Of a DNA stretch of 64,000 bases, positions 36,760 to 48,200 are shown piece by piece; the first letter of the stretch is position 1; the number at the start of each line of letters is the position of its first letter. A model generated the notes under the pieces. The model was not told where the DNA came from and searched no databases. It worked only from the letters and a program-made list of their open reading frames with translations. The DNA comes from Anolis carolinensis (Eukaryota): the NCBI RefSeq assembly GCF_035594765.1, contig NW_026943824.1:248001-312000 (forward strand). The letters are read 5' to 3'. The translations under genes and the position numbers were made by a program.

Positions 36760-39555
36760 TTGGGGCTGCTGTGAGTTTTCCCGGCTGTCTGGCCATGTTC
36801 CTGAAGCATTCTCTCCTGACGTTTTGCCCACATCTAAGGCAGGCATCCTCAGAGGTTGTGAGGTCTGTTGTTAACTCAGCAAGTGGAATGATGTCCAGGG
36901 TGGGAAAAAGAATTCTTGTCTATTGGTGGCTCCCCGGCTGTGGAACACCCTCCCCAGAGATATACGGCAAGCCCCAACCCTTTTGAGTTTTAGAAAAGGC
37001 TTAAAAACATGGCTATGTGCCCAGGCTTTTAATGAATAAAGGAGAAAGACAACCCAGACTGTTATATGAATAAAGTAAGAGGATACTGGACGAACGGATT
37101 TTAAGCATATGTTTTATATTTTATACTATATTTAATTGGTTGTAATATATTTTTATATGTTGTTTTTAATGATGTGTCGGCATCGAATTGTTGCCAATTG
37201 TACGCCGCCCTGAGTCCCTTCAGGTGAGAAGGGCGGGATAGAAATATTGGAAATAAATAAATAAAATAAATAAAGTGGAAATGTTGCCATCGGACCGCTT
37301 GATTGGCACCTCTGAGGATGCCTGCCATAGGTGTGGCTGAAATGTCAGGAGAGAATGCTTCTGGAACATGGGAAACTTAGACTAGCCCAGTGAATCCAGC
37401 CATGAAAGGCTACGACGAGACAATGATCTGCCTCTTTTCCCGTAGCCAAGAAGCAGAGAGAGAGAGAGGGGAACACTATGCGCTTCCTCCGTTAGGTGGT
37501 GCTTTTGGTCCACGTCTGGTGGGGCTGCAGCTCTGCCGGCTGGTTCCCATCAGCCGTGTCCCACTCCCTTGTCCGCCTCCTCCGTCCCTCCATCCCTGCC
37601 AAGGAAGGGCTTTGGGGCCGCATATGGCGGGTGGGCACACGAGGCAGGTGTCATGGGATGCAGCCCACTCTTGGAAGGCTCCTGCTTGGCAAAGCAACGC
37701 ATCAAGGCAGTGCCTCCCTTCCCATCTTGCAAGGAAACAGATCTCATACATGAACACCCCTCTTTTGATACATCTATATTTAAACATTTAAAGAAACGCA
37801 GCTTAAGCAATCCTTGCCTCTTTCCTTTTGTGTTTGAAGCAGCAGCTCATGCTCTCGCATCTGCTTTGGAATTCAGGCAGCGCATCATGCCTCCTCAAGG
37901 TCACGGTCCCTTTGCCTTTCGCAGCCCTTCCCTCCTCTTTCAAAAGCTTGAGCAATGGTTTTAGGGTGCGTTTTTCTCCCAGGTAAGCTTCACTCATTGG
38001 AAGGCATAGATCTGTTCTGCTAAAATAAAAAAGGACATTCTCATTGCTTAGTTTCTCCATACCTCACAACCTCTGAGGATGCCTGCCATAGATGTGGGTG
38101 AAACGTCAGGAGAGAATACTTCTAGAATATGGCCATACAGTCCGGAAAACATACAACAACCCTGACATTTTCATTGTGTTGTTGAAGGCTTTCATGGCCA
38201 CGATTACTGGGTTGCTGTGAGGTTTTTTTGGGCTGTATGGCCATGTTCCAGAAGCACCCCCTCCTGACGTTTTGCCCACATCAGTGGCAGAGATGCTTCA
38301 CAACCTTAGAGGACATCTGCCACGGATGTGGGCGAAGCGTCAGGTTCTGGAACATGGCCATAAGGCCCAGAAAACTCACAGCAACCCAGGCATTTTCATC
38401 TCTGGCCCAAAGAAAGGATTTTTAAATAAGCTAAAGCTAAAGAAATACATTACCCAGAAAGGGAAGCTCGACACAAATCATTCTCAGAAACATAGGCCTT
38501 ATTTTTTAACTTTTCATGGATTTTAACTGAATTTTAATACTGTTAGGTTTAATTTTGTTTTAATGTTTGCATATTTGTATATTTTAAAGTATGCAGTCAT
38601 ACGTTTAATTGTAAGCCACTTTGAGTCTCCTTCAGGAGAGATAAAGCGGGGTATAAAGAGACATAATAATCATAATAATATAAAATAATTCAGTTTCAGA
38701 ATGCAGATTGAACTGGATTATATGAGTTTACACCAGGCATGGGCAAACTTCAATAACACTGGAAAAAAAGGGGAATTCCAGACAGGAAACAATCCGGGCT
38801 AGCTAACACCTCCCAACAAAGGATTCCCCCAGGCAGGGAGCAGCCAGGATTTGAAGCTGCAAGGCCATTCAGTGCTAACCAAGGTGGCCAATGGCAACAT
38901 TCATACTTATAGCACTTTTAACTTCCTCATGTTTACAAGACTTACTTAACGCACTTTTGACCAGTTCATTTTTATGACTTTATTGCTGGGTTTTAACTTG
39001 TGTTCTATTAATGATTGTGATTTTACTTTCTGCCATTTTTTTTCTTTTAAATTTCATTCGCGTGTTTTTCAGCAGGTGATGTTATTGTATGTTCGTTTCG
39101 TATTTGTAAGCCGCCCCGAGTCCCCTCAGAGAGATGGAGGCGGGGTACAAAAATAAAATGATGATGATGATGATTGCCTCCAGCAGACAAGAGTTCTTTC
39201 TCCCACCCTGGGCATGCCACACCTCCCAACAAAGGATTCCCTCAGGCAGAAAGCAGCCAGGGTTTGAAGCTGCAAGGCTATTAAGTGCTAACCAAGGTGG
39301 CCAATGGCAACATTCCCACTTGCCTCCAACAGACAAGAGTTCTTTCTCCCACCCTGGGCATCATTCCACAGATAAAGAGTTCCCAACGGACCTCTCAACC
39401 TCCGAGGATGTCTGCCAACACCTGTTTCGGCAGGCTTTTGATTCCTGTTATTGATGTTTTTAAAATATGTTTTTAAGATGTTTTTAAGACATTTTTAAAT
39501 TGTTAGGTTTTAGCCTGTTCTTGTAAGCCACCCTGAGCCCTAGGGGAGTGGCGGC

Positions 39556-39616
<61 letters not shown>

Positions 39617-40440
39617 TAATAATAACAACAACAACTTTATTCTTATACCCCGCCCCATCTCCCCGAAGGGACTCGGGGCGGCTTACATGGGGCCATGCCC
39701 GGACACAACAGTATAAAAGCAAAAGCAGAACAACGTACGAATTTAAAAAAGCTTGAATTTGGAAGGATTATCAAATTTCAGTATGTTTCAAGGTTCACCA
39801 AGTGGCATTAGATAAGGACACATGTGAAATGAATGCATTTAACCTTAATATAAGTTTGAATAATAAATAAAAAAAAAAAAATAAATAGATGTGGGTGAGA
39901 TGTCAGGAGAGAATGCTTCTGGAACATGGCCAGACAGACTGGAAAACTCACAGCAACCCATTTTAACAACATTTTCTTTTTTTAAAAAAAATAAGGCTCC
40001 AAATGTGCCTGAAAGGCATAATTGGGAGATATTTCCAAGAACTTTCACAGGGGCTTTTTGGAGTCTGCTTTGCGGCTGCTCAGATGCCTGGAGAGCCTTG
40101 CCGGAATGAATGGCTGTGGTCCCCAAAGGCCGCGGAGCCATGTGCTCAATGGCAGGCAATGAAATCCAACCGTGCATTAGCCAGGCCTTAATGGGCTCGT
40201 GCGGCACAAACCCCGGCTCTCTTCAGCCGTCGGGAAAACCCTGAAAGTTAATGATTTAAATGCCGGGAATTAAGGCGCATTGGGTTACCCACTGGTGGCT
40301 CTTTTCCCTGCCAAGCTCTCCCATTGATATCTATTGTCTTTCCTGGGAATCTTTCGGACTGTCTGGCCATGCTCCAGAAGCATTCTCTCCTGACGTTTCA
40401 CCCACATCTGTGGCAGGCATCCTCATAGGTTGTGAGGTAT
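36760..40440. mobile_element. Cluster of Penelope pLTR fragments in both orientations, mixed with L2-tail fragments
   Basis: Repeated ggccatgttccagaagcattctctcctgacgtttc(g/a)cccacatc...ggcaggcatcctcagagg or its complement at ~36760, 37309, 38061, 38185, 39887, 40355. Confidence 0.7.
38070..38110 (+). ncRNA. Minimal type I hammerhead ribozyme motif (Penelope pLTR)
   Basis: cct-CTGAGGA-t-gcctgccatagatgtgggt-GAAA-cg-TC-agg: core boxes, helix I cct/agg, predicted cleavage after C38107. Activity untested. Confidence 0.6.
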
Positions 40441-40707
40441 ACCTTATTTATTTATTTTATTTATTTATGGCAGTATTTCTTCCCAGCCCTTCTCACCCAA
40501 TAAGGGGATTCAGGGCGGCTTACAAGTATGAAACACACATATAAACAATTACAATTTAAATTATTCATTCATTCATTCATTCATTCATTCATTCATTTAT
40601 TATTTAAACTTATATGCCCGAGGGGAGTGGCGGCATATAAGTTTAAATAATAAATAAATAAATAAATAAATAAATAAAGATTTCAATTCAATTTAAAATT
40701 AAGTTAC

Positions 40708-41012
40708 AGTAGAGTCTCACTTATCCAACATAAACGGGCCGGCAGAACGTTGGATAAGTGAATATGTTGGATAATAAGGAGAGATTAAGGAGAAGCCTAT
40801 GAAACATCAAATTAGGTTATGATTTTACAAATGAAGCACCAAAACATCACGTTATACAACAAATTTGACAGAAAAAGTCGTTCAATACGCAGTAATGCTA
40901 TGTAGTAATTACTGTATTTATGAATTTAGCCCCAAAATATCACAATGTATTGAAAACACTGACTACAAAAATGCGATGGATAAGCGAGTGTTGGATAAGT
41001 GAGACTCTACTG
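40708..41012. mobile_element. pogo/Tigger-like MITE
   Basis: TIRs cagtagagtctcacttatccaac at both ends, TA flanks. Confidence 0.85.
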
Positions 41013-41501
41013 TATTTCTTCCCAGCCCTTCTCACCCAATAAGGGGACTCAGGACGGCTTACAAGTATGAAACACACATACAAACAATTACAATAACATT
41101 TCAATTCAATTTAAAATTAAGTTACATTAAAACATTCATAAAATACACATGTAAACACACATTTAGGCACTTCACCCACTACACTGTCAAATTAACGCAG
41201 TTCGACACCACTTGTAGCTTAATATAGATCGCATTAGTTATGCCGGTTTTTCGTAATAACTCTCGAGCAACCAGAAACTGCATTTATCTAGCAACTATCA
41301 TTTATTATTATAATTGATTTCTAATTTTTTTTCGCTTGTGTTGGTTAGATAATCCATTGCATATCACTTTTTTTCCTTTTTAAAATGTATTATTACTTTC
41401 TTTTTAATTTTGTTTACCTTGAATTAAAGAAAATACTTTAAAATCCTTAGATCACACATACATATACATAAATATATATAATTAACGATCATGGAAACTA
41501 G

Positions 41502-41698
41502 NNNNNNNNNNNNNNNNNNNNNNNNNNNNNNNNNNNNNNNNNNNNNNNNNNNNNNNNNNNNNNNNNNNNNNNNNNNNNNNNNNNNNNNNNNNNNNNNNNN
41601 NNNNNNNNNNNNNNNNNNNNNNNNNNNNNNNNNNNNNNNNNNNNNNNNNNNNNNNNNNNNNNNNNNNNNNNNNNNNNNNNNNNNNNNNNNNNNNNNNN
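41502..41698. other. Assembly gap
   Basis: Run of N. Confidence 1.
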
Positions 41699-41799
41699 AA
41701 TAGATCTCTATACTGTAAATATATATATATATACAGATCTATTTCTCCTTTAATATCCCAGTCTATATCATAGTCCATCTATCACTAGGGTAACCAAGT

Positions 41800-43019
41800 A
41801 GCTGCAGAGAAAAGCGGATATGACAGCAGCACCGATTCGCCCCTCCCACTTCCAATGGATTCAGAGGCCGTCCTCCGTGTGACATCTTTCAAGCTGACCA
41901 ATCAGCGCCGCTTCCTACCCTCATGACGCGAGAGCGGCAGCCGGTTCCTCCAATCACAACACGCTTCTCCTCCCCCCGCCCTTTTCCTTAACTCCCTTTG
42001 TCAATCAACGGGGGAGAGGGAACGGCTGTGGTTTTTTTGTCTCTTTTTGAGGGGCAGCGGGTTCCACCAATGGGAAATAGGAGAGGGCGGGACTCCGTCG
42101 GAGATGCACCAATAGCGCCTCCGTCGTAGGCGTGGTTGTTTTTTTTATTATCTCCCCCTCCTTTCATTTCGGATTCCTTTTGAGGGGCAGCGGCTTCCAC
42201 CAATGGCAAGCAAGAGAGGGCGGTACGCAGTGTCGGCGGCGCACCAATACGGTTTCCCTTTTGGTTCTTTTTTTTTTTAATAATCCCCCTCCCTTTTCCA
42301 CTCAATACACCCCTATTCCTTGGGTGACTTGGTTCGTGCCGCGTATGTGCTCCGGGCTGAGGCGGACGGTGCCATTCAGCGCAGAAGGGGTGTTGAAAGC
42401 AGCGTAGGCGACGCTTCCTCTCTGGTGTTATTTTTTTTATTATTATTATTACCACCTCCCCGTGGAAGACCCCCCTATTCCGTGGGTGGACTGGTCCGCG
42501 CCGCCTGTGCGGGCCTGGCTGAGGCGGACGGTGCCATCGAGCGCGGAGGGGGGCTAGCGGAGGAGGTGTGGAGATTTAAAGAGACAGCGGCGCCTGAAGA
42601 GAGCGGAGGCGGCGGAGGCGAACACACCCCTCGGCAGCGGCGGCCTCCATGAGGTAGAAGGCGCCCCCGTCGCCACTGCCGCCGCTTTGTTCCGGATTGG
42701 GGCTGAGGAGGAGAAGGAAGGAAGGAAGGAAGGAAGGAAGGAAGGAAGGAAGGAAAGGAGGAGGCGGAAGAGGAGGAGGAGGAGGAGGAGGAAGGCGCCG
42801 CCGCCGCCGCCGCTCCTGCTGCTGTGCTTCTCCTCCTCCTCCCTCAGGGGCGCTCCTCACTGCGGCGGAGGCGGACCAGGCCCCGGCTGAAGAGGGACTG
42901 ACGGAGGGCCTCCGCCTCCCTCCCTCCCCGCCCGGTTCCGGCCCCGGCCCCAGCCCCCTCCTCGCTCGTGGCGGCGGGGCGGGGGCCGAGGGAGGGTTGA
43001 TGTCTCCGGGCCCCCGGAC
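41800..43019 (+). promoter_or_regulatory. USP22 CpG-island promoter and GC-rich 5' leader
   Basis: At least 7 CCAAT boxes (about 41852, 41898, 41950, 42067, 42109, 42200, 42244), GC boxes, (GAAG)n-(GGA)n-(GCC)n tract 42714-42812. Confidence 0.7.
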
Positions 43020-43140
43020 ATGAGTCCGCCGGCCGCCGGGTGCTGCCATGTGACCGGCTTCAAGGTGGAGAACTGGAAGCAGAACCTGCGCGTCATCTAC
43101 CAGTGCTTCGTCTGGAGCGGGTCCGCCGAGGCCAGGAAGA
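43020..43140 (+). CDS. USP22: USP22 (ubiquitin-specific peptidase 22, SAGA DUB) exon 1, 3' end lost in gap
   Basis: [40 protein letters not shown]... Confidence 0.92.
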
Positions 43141-43281
43141 NNNNNNNNNNNNNNNNNNNNNNNNNNNNNNNNNNNNNNNNNNNNNNNNNNNNNNNNNNNN
43201 NNNNNNNNNNNNNNNNNNNNNNNNNNNNNNNNNNNNNNNNNNNNNNNNNNNNNNNNNNNNNNNNNNNNNNNNNNNNNNNNN
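43141..43281. other. Assembly gap covering the USP22 exon 1 donor
   Basis: Run of N. Confidence 1.
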
Positions 43282-45185
43282 CCTTTATGTACATAAACAC
43301 ACACACAGGCTTCCTCCTTTACATACACATACACATATATACACACACACACAGGCTTCTTCCTTTATGTACATACACACATACACATATATATACACAA
43401 ACACAGGCATCTTCCGTTTACATATATACACACACACATACATATACACAAACACAGGCTTCTTCCTTTATGTACATAAACACACACACAGGCTTCCTCC
43501 TTTACATACACATACACATATATATACACACACACAGGCATCTTCCGTTTACATATATACACACACATACATATACACAAACACAGGCATCTTCCTTTTA
43601 CATATATACACACACATACATATACACAAACACAGGCATCTTCCTTTATGTACATAAACACATACACAGGCTTCCTCCTTTACATACACATACACATATA
43701 TACACACACACACAGGCTTCTTCCTTTATGTACATACACACATACACATATATATACACAAACACAGGCATCTTCCGTTTACATATATACACACACACAT
43801 ACATATACACAAACACAGGCTTCTTCCTTTATGTACATAAACACACACACAGGCTTCCTCCTTTACATACACATACACATATATATACACACACACAGGC
43901 ATCTTCCGTTTACATATATACACACACATACATATACACAAACACAGGCATCTTCCTTTTACATATATACACACACATACATATACACAAACACAGGCAT
44001 CTTCCTTTATGTACATAAACACACACACAGGCTTCCTCCTTTACATACACATACACATATATATATACACACACAGGCTTCTTCCTTTATGTACATAAAC
44101 ACACACACAGGCTTCTTCCTTTACATACATACACACATACACATATATATACACAAACACAGGCTTCTTCCTTTACATACATACACATACATATACACAA
44201 ACACAGGCATCTTCCGTTTACATATATACACACACATACATATACACAAACATAGGCTTCTTCCTTTATGTACATAAACACACACACAGGCTTCTTCCTT
44301 TACATACATACACACATACACATACATATACACAAACACAGGCTTCTTCCTTTACATACACACACACATACATATACACAAACACAGGCATCTTCCTTTT
44401 ACATATATACACACACATACATATACACAAACACAGCCTTCTTCCTTTATGTACATAAACACACACACAGGCTTCTTCCTTTACATACATACACACATAC
44501 ACATACATATACACAAACACAGGCATCTTCCTTTACACACAGACACTGTAGAAGGCCTTGTAATAATCATAAAGAGAGGTGGGTAATACATATTACTGTA
44601 TTATTATATAGTAATATATTGTTATTATTATTATCATCATCATTATTATTATTGGGAGCATGCACCCTTTGTATTGTATCCATAAAGTGAGGTGTGTAAT
44701 ACATAATGATAACACCACACAGGCATCTTCCTTTATATACATAAACACACACACACACAGGCATCTTCCTTTACATACATACATACATACATACACTCAC
44801 ACATATACACACACAGGCATATTCCCTTAACATACATACATACACACAGGCACCTTCCTTTACATTCAGACACTGTTGAAAGCCTTGTAATAGTAGTGAT
44901 AATAATAATAATAATTTTGAAACCATAAAGAGGTGGGTAATACATATTATTATATTATTATAGATGATGATGATGATTATTATTATTATTATTATTGGGT
45001 GCATGCACCCTGTGTTGAAAGCCTAATAATAATAATAACAACAACAACAAAAATGCATAAATAAAGTGAGGTAAGTAATACATAGTAACACACACATACA
45101 GGCACCATTCTTTACATACACAGACACACAGAGGCGTCATCCTTTACACAAACACACAGGCATCTTCCTTTACATATACACACAC
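43282..45185 (+). repeat. CA/TA-rich minisatellite with ~361-bp higher-order repeat
   Basis: Units caggc(a/t)tcttcc(t/g)ttac + (AC/AT)n; near-identical pseudo-ORFs 361 bp apart (43365-43667, 43726-44028); decays after ~44540. Confidence 0.9.
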
Positions 45186-45186
45186 T

Positions 45187-46155
45187 TTATTTATTTACTT
45201 ACTGCATTTTTAACCTGCTCCATCTCAACCCCAGAAGGGACTCAGAGTGGCTTCCGAATTGGCTATATTCAATGCTGTATTCAACATAAAAAGATACAAA
45301 TACAGTATGCATTAAAATCATAAAATATTATTATATAAATACATGAAATAAGCAGTTAAACATTGCACATAGACCCGAAATCATAATCCATAAACGTTCC
45401 TATTATTATTTATTTTTATCCTGTTTTTCTCCCATGGGTGGGATTCAAAGTGGTGAACAGTGATTAAAACAACAAAAATGTACATGACACAAGAAGTGCA
45501 ACACCATAACCCCAAATGAAACGGGTAATCAAATAGCACATTGCATAAGCCATATACAACAAGCTTAATAAATATGACATGTACCATTAAAATTCCTTGG
45601 GCCTCAGGCCACTGAGGTTATTCATAAAAACATTGTACTAAAGATCCTAGAAGCTCCACTTCTTTAGGCCGTGTAAACATTGCCAAGTCCAGTGATGTGC
45701 CTTATCAATAGCTGCCTGGTCATTGTCTATTACAGGTTATCGGGAAAGGCCTGATTCCACAGAAAGTTTTTTACTTGTGAGCAAAAGGCCTGTAACGAGG
45801 GGGCCGCTTGCACCTTTGTTACTGGCCAGAGCTGCGGGGCCACCACCAAGAAGGGAAGGCTTTCTCTCTCTCTCGTTCCCACCAACTGCACTTGTGACGG
45901 TGGTGGGACTGAGAGAAGGGCCCCTCCTGATGATCTCAGGGCTCGTGTGGGCTGGTAGGAGGAGATGTGGTCCTTCAAGTAGGCTGGGCCCGAACCGTTT
46001 AGGACTTTATAGGCTAGCACTAGCAGCCTAAATTGCACCCAGAAACAAACTGGGAGCCAGTATAGCTTCAGGAGCCAGTGTAGCTGCTTCAGGAGCAGAG
46101 TAGTTCTTTCCCTATATCCTGCCCCTGTAAGCAGTCTAGCCACTGATCGTTGTAT
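45187..46155 (-). mobile_element. L2 LINE 3' fragment (decayed)
   Basis: IQRSVARLLTG...LHWL...YKVLNGSGPAYLKD...; L2 tail at ~45190-45255. Confidence 0.8.
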
Positions 46156-46269
46156 TGTCATGTGCTGTTCTGTAAACCGCCCTGAGTCCCTTGTGGGAGA
46201 TAGTGGCAGGATATAAATGAAGTTATTATTATTATTGTGTTACATTCCATTCACTTCATGGCTGCATGT

Positions 46270-46930
46270 TGCCCTGCACTACTCTCCAAACGCTTGGTTC
46301 CATACCCAGGTTTTAACTTTCATCCTAAAGGCCAGGAAGGAAGCAGGGAGCGAATCTGATTTCGCTACGAAGGGACTTCCACTGTTGAGGGCCCACCACT
46401 GAGAAGGCCCTGCCCCTCGTCCCCACCAGATGCACCTGTGCAGAAGGTGTGACTGAGAGCAGGGCCTCCCCAAAAGATCTTAATGTCCGAGCTGGTTCAT
46501 AGGGGAAGATACGTTCGGACAGGTAAGCTGGGCCGGAACCCTTTAGGGCTTTATAGGCAAAAGCCAGCACTTTGAATTCTGCTCGGTAGCAGACTGGTAG
46601 CCAATGGAGCTGATGCAGCAGGAGAATTGTATGTTTCCAATGAGAAATCTGGCTGCTCCCCGTTGGACTACTTGAAGCTTCTGAACAATCTTCAAAGGCA
46701 GCCCCACGTAGAGCGTGTTGGAGTAGCCTATTCGAGATGTAACAACAGCGTGGACCACCATGGCCAAGTCTGGCTTCTCAATGTATGGGCGCAGGAGTTT
46801 TAATTGTGCAAAATCTGCCCTGGCCACTGCTGGAACATGGGATTCCGGGCTCAGCGATGAATCCAGGAGAACTCCAAGCTGCAAAGCTGTATTTTCAGGG
46901 GGAGTGTAACCCCACCCAGCATAGGCTTTA
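46270..46930 (-). mobile_element. L2 LINE fragment (decayed, frameshifted)
   Basis: LGVLLDSSLS...VHAVVTSRIGYSNTLYVGLP...; YKALKGSGPAYLSER. Confidence 0.8.
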
Positions 46931-46939
46931 CATATACAC

Positions 46940-48200
46940 ACAGGCATAGCCTTTTCTTCCTCCACCCCCAAAGTAGGGCCCAGACAGGCAGTGCCTCTCT
47001 CCTTCCCTCCCCAACCCCTGCTTGGGTTGGGGGTGGGGGTGGGGCAGGATTCCGCCTCCTCCTCCACCCTGTTTCCAAATAGGCCTCCCTTTGGAGACCC
47101 CCAGGACCCCCCACCCCTTCATCTTCCTCCTTCTGTAGTAATTTGGGAGAGAATGGAAGTGGGAAGGGGTTTCTAGTGTCCTTTAAGTTTAGAATGTAAG
47201 AGATGGAGGAGGAGAAGGGGGGAGAAGAGACCCCCTCTTCTTCATCCTCCTCCTCCTCCTCCTCTTGTAGGTGTTTGGTAGAGGATGGAAGTGGGAAGGG
47301 GTTTCCAGGGGGTCTTTTGTTTAGGGGAGGGGGTTGAAGAAATGGAAGAGGAAAAGGACCCCACCCCTTCATCTTCTTCCTCCTCTTCCAGGGGTTTCCA
47401 GTCCCTCAGGAGGGGGTTTTTTTTCCAGGGAGGAGGATGAACTGATAGAGGAGACTCCCCTTCCTCTTTCCTCTGCTGTAGATGGTGGGAAGGGGTTTCC
47501 AGCCTCCCCAGGGGTCCTCTTGTCCGAGAGAAGAGGGGCTTCAGTGATGGAGGAGGGAAGGAGAGTGAGAAGAAGGGATATCCAGTCCCTCTTGAGAGGA
47601 AGGGTGGGGTAAAAGATAACAGAGGAGGCTCCTCTTCCTTTTCCTCCTCCTCTTCATGCTCCTGTAGGCGTTGAAGGGAAATGGGAAGAGATTTCCAGTC
47701 TTCCAGGGGACCTTTTGGGGTGAAAAGGTTGCTTTCAGAGACAGAAGAGATTCCTCCTCCTTTCCATCCTGTTTCTGCTTCTGTTGGGAAGGGAATGGGA
47801 GTGGGAAGGGGTTTCCAGTCCCCCAGAGGGGCCTTTTCCGAGAGGTGTGTGTTTTTTTAAAGAGATGGATGAGGAAGGGGAGGTGTCCTCTCCTCTTCCT
47901 TTTCCTCCTCTTCCTGGTGCTGCTGTAGGTATTGGGAAGGAGGGAGGCTTTCCCGGAATCAGACAACTGCAGAGCAAGGGGGGGGGGGAGAGGAGGAGGA
48001 GGGATAAGCAGGAGGGAGAGAGATTTGGGAGGACCCAGGGCTTTCCCTGGGCAAATGACACCTCCGGCCTGCTTTTGTGCAGGGGACGGGGTTGGCTTTG
48101 GCGTTGGAAGAGGGAGTTTATTTCAGGCCTGATCAGGGCAGAGAAAGATCAATATTTGTATGTTTATAGAAGGAAGGGGTGAGGAGCTGGAGCCTGTCTT
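46940..48200. repeat. Degenerate purine/pyrimidine-skewed tandem repeat
   Basis: Recurrent gtgggaaggggtttccag and cttcctcctc...ctgtag motifs. Confidence 0.6.

Noticed and set aside
41130-41501. Unique-looking sequence before the first gap
   Set aside because: Likely low-quality contig end; no interpretable feature
43282-44690. Long His/Thr/Tyr/Ile-rich ORFs continuing from USP22 exon 1
   Set aside because: Translation of a CA/TA minisatellite across an N-gap
47150-48050. Cluster of NF-kB-like GGGGTTTCC sites
   Set aside because: They do not fit GGGRNNYYCC fully and are explained by a degenerate tandem repeat
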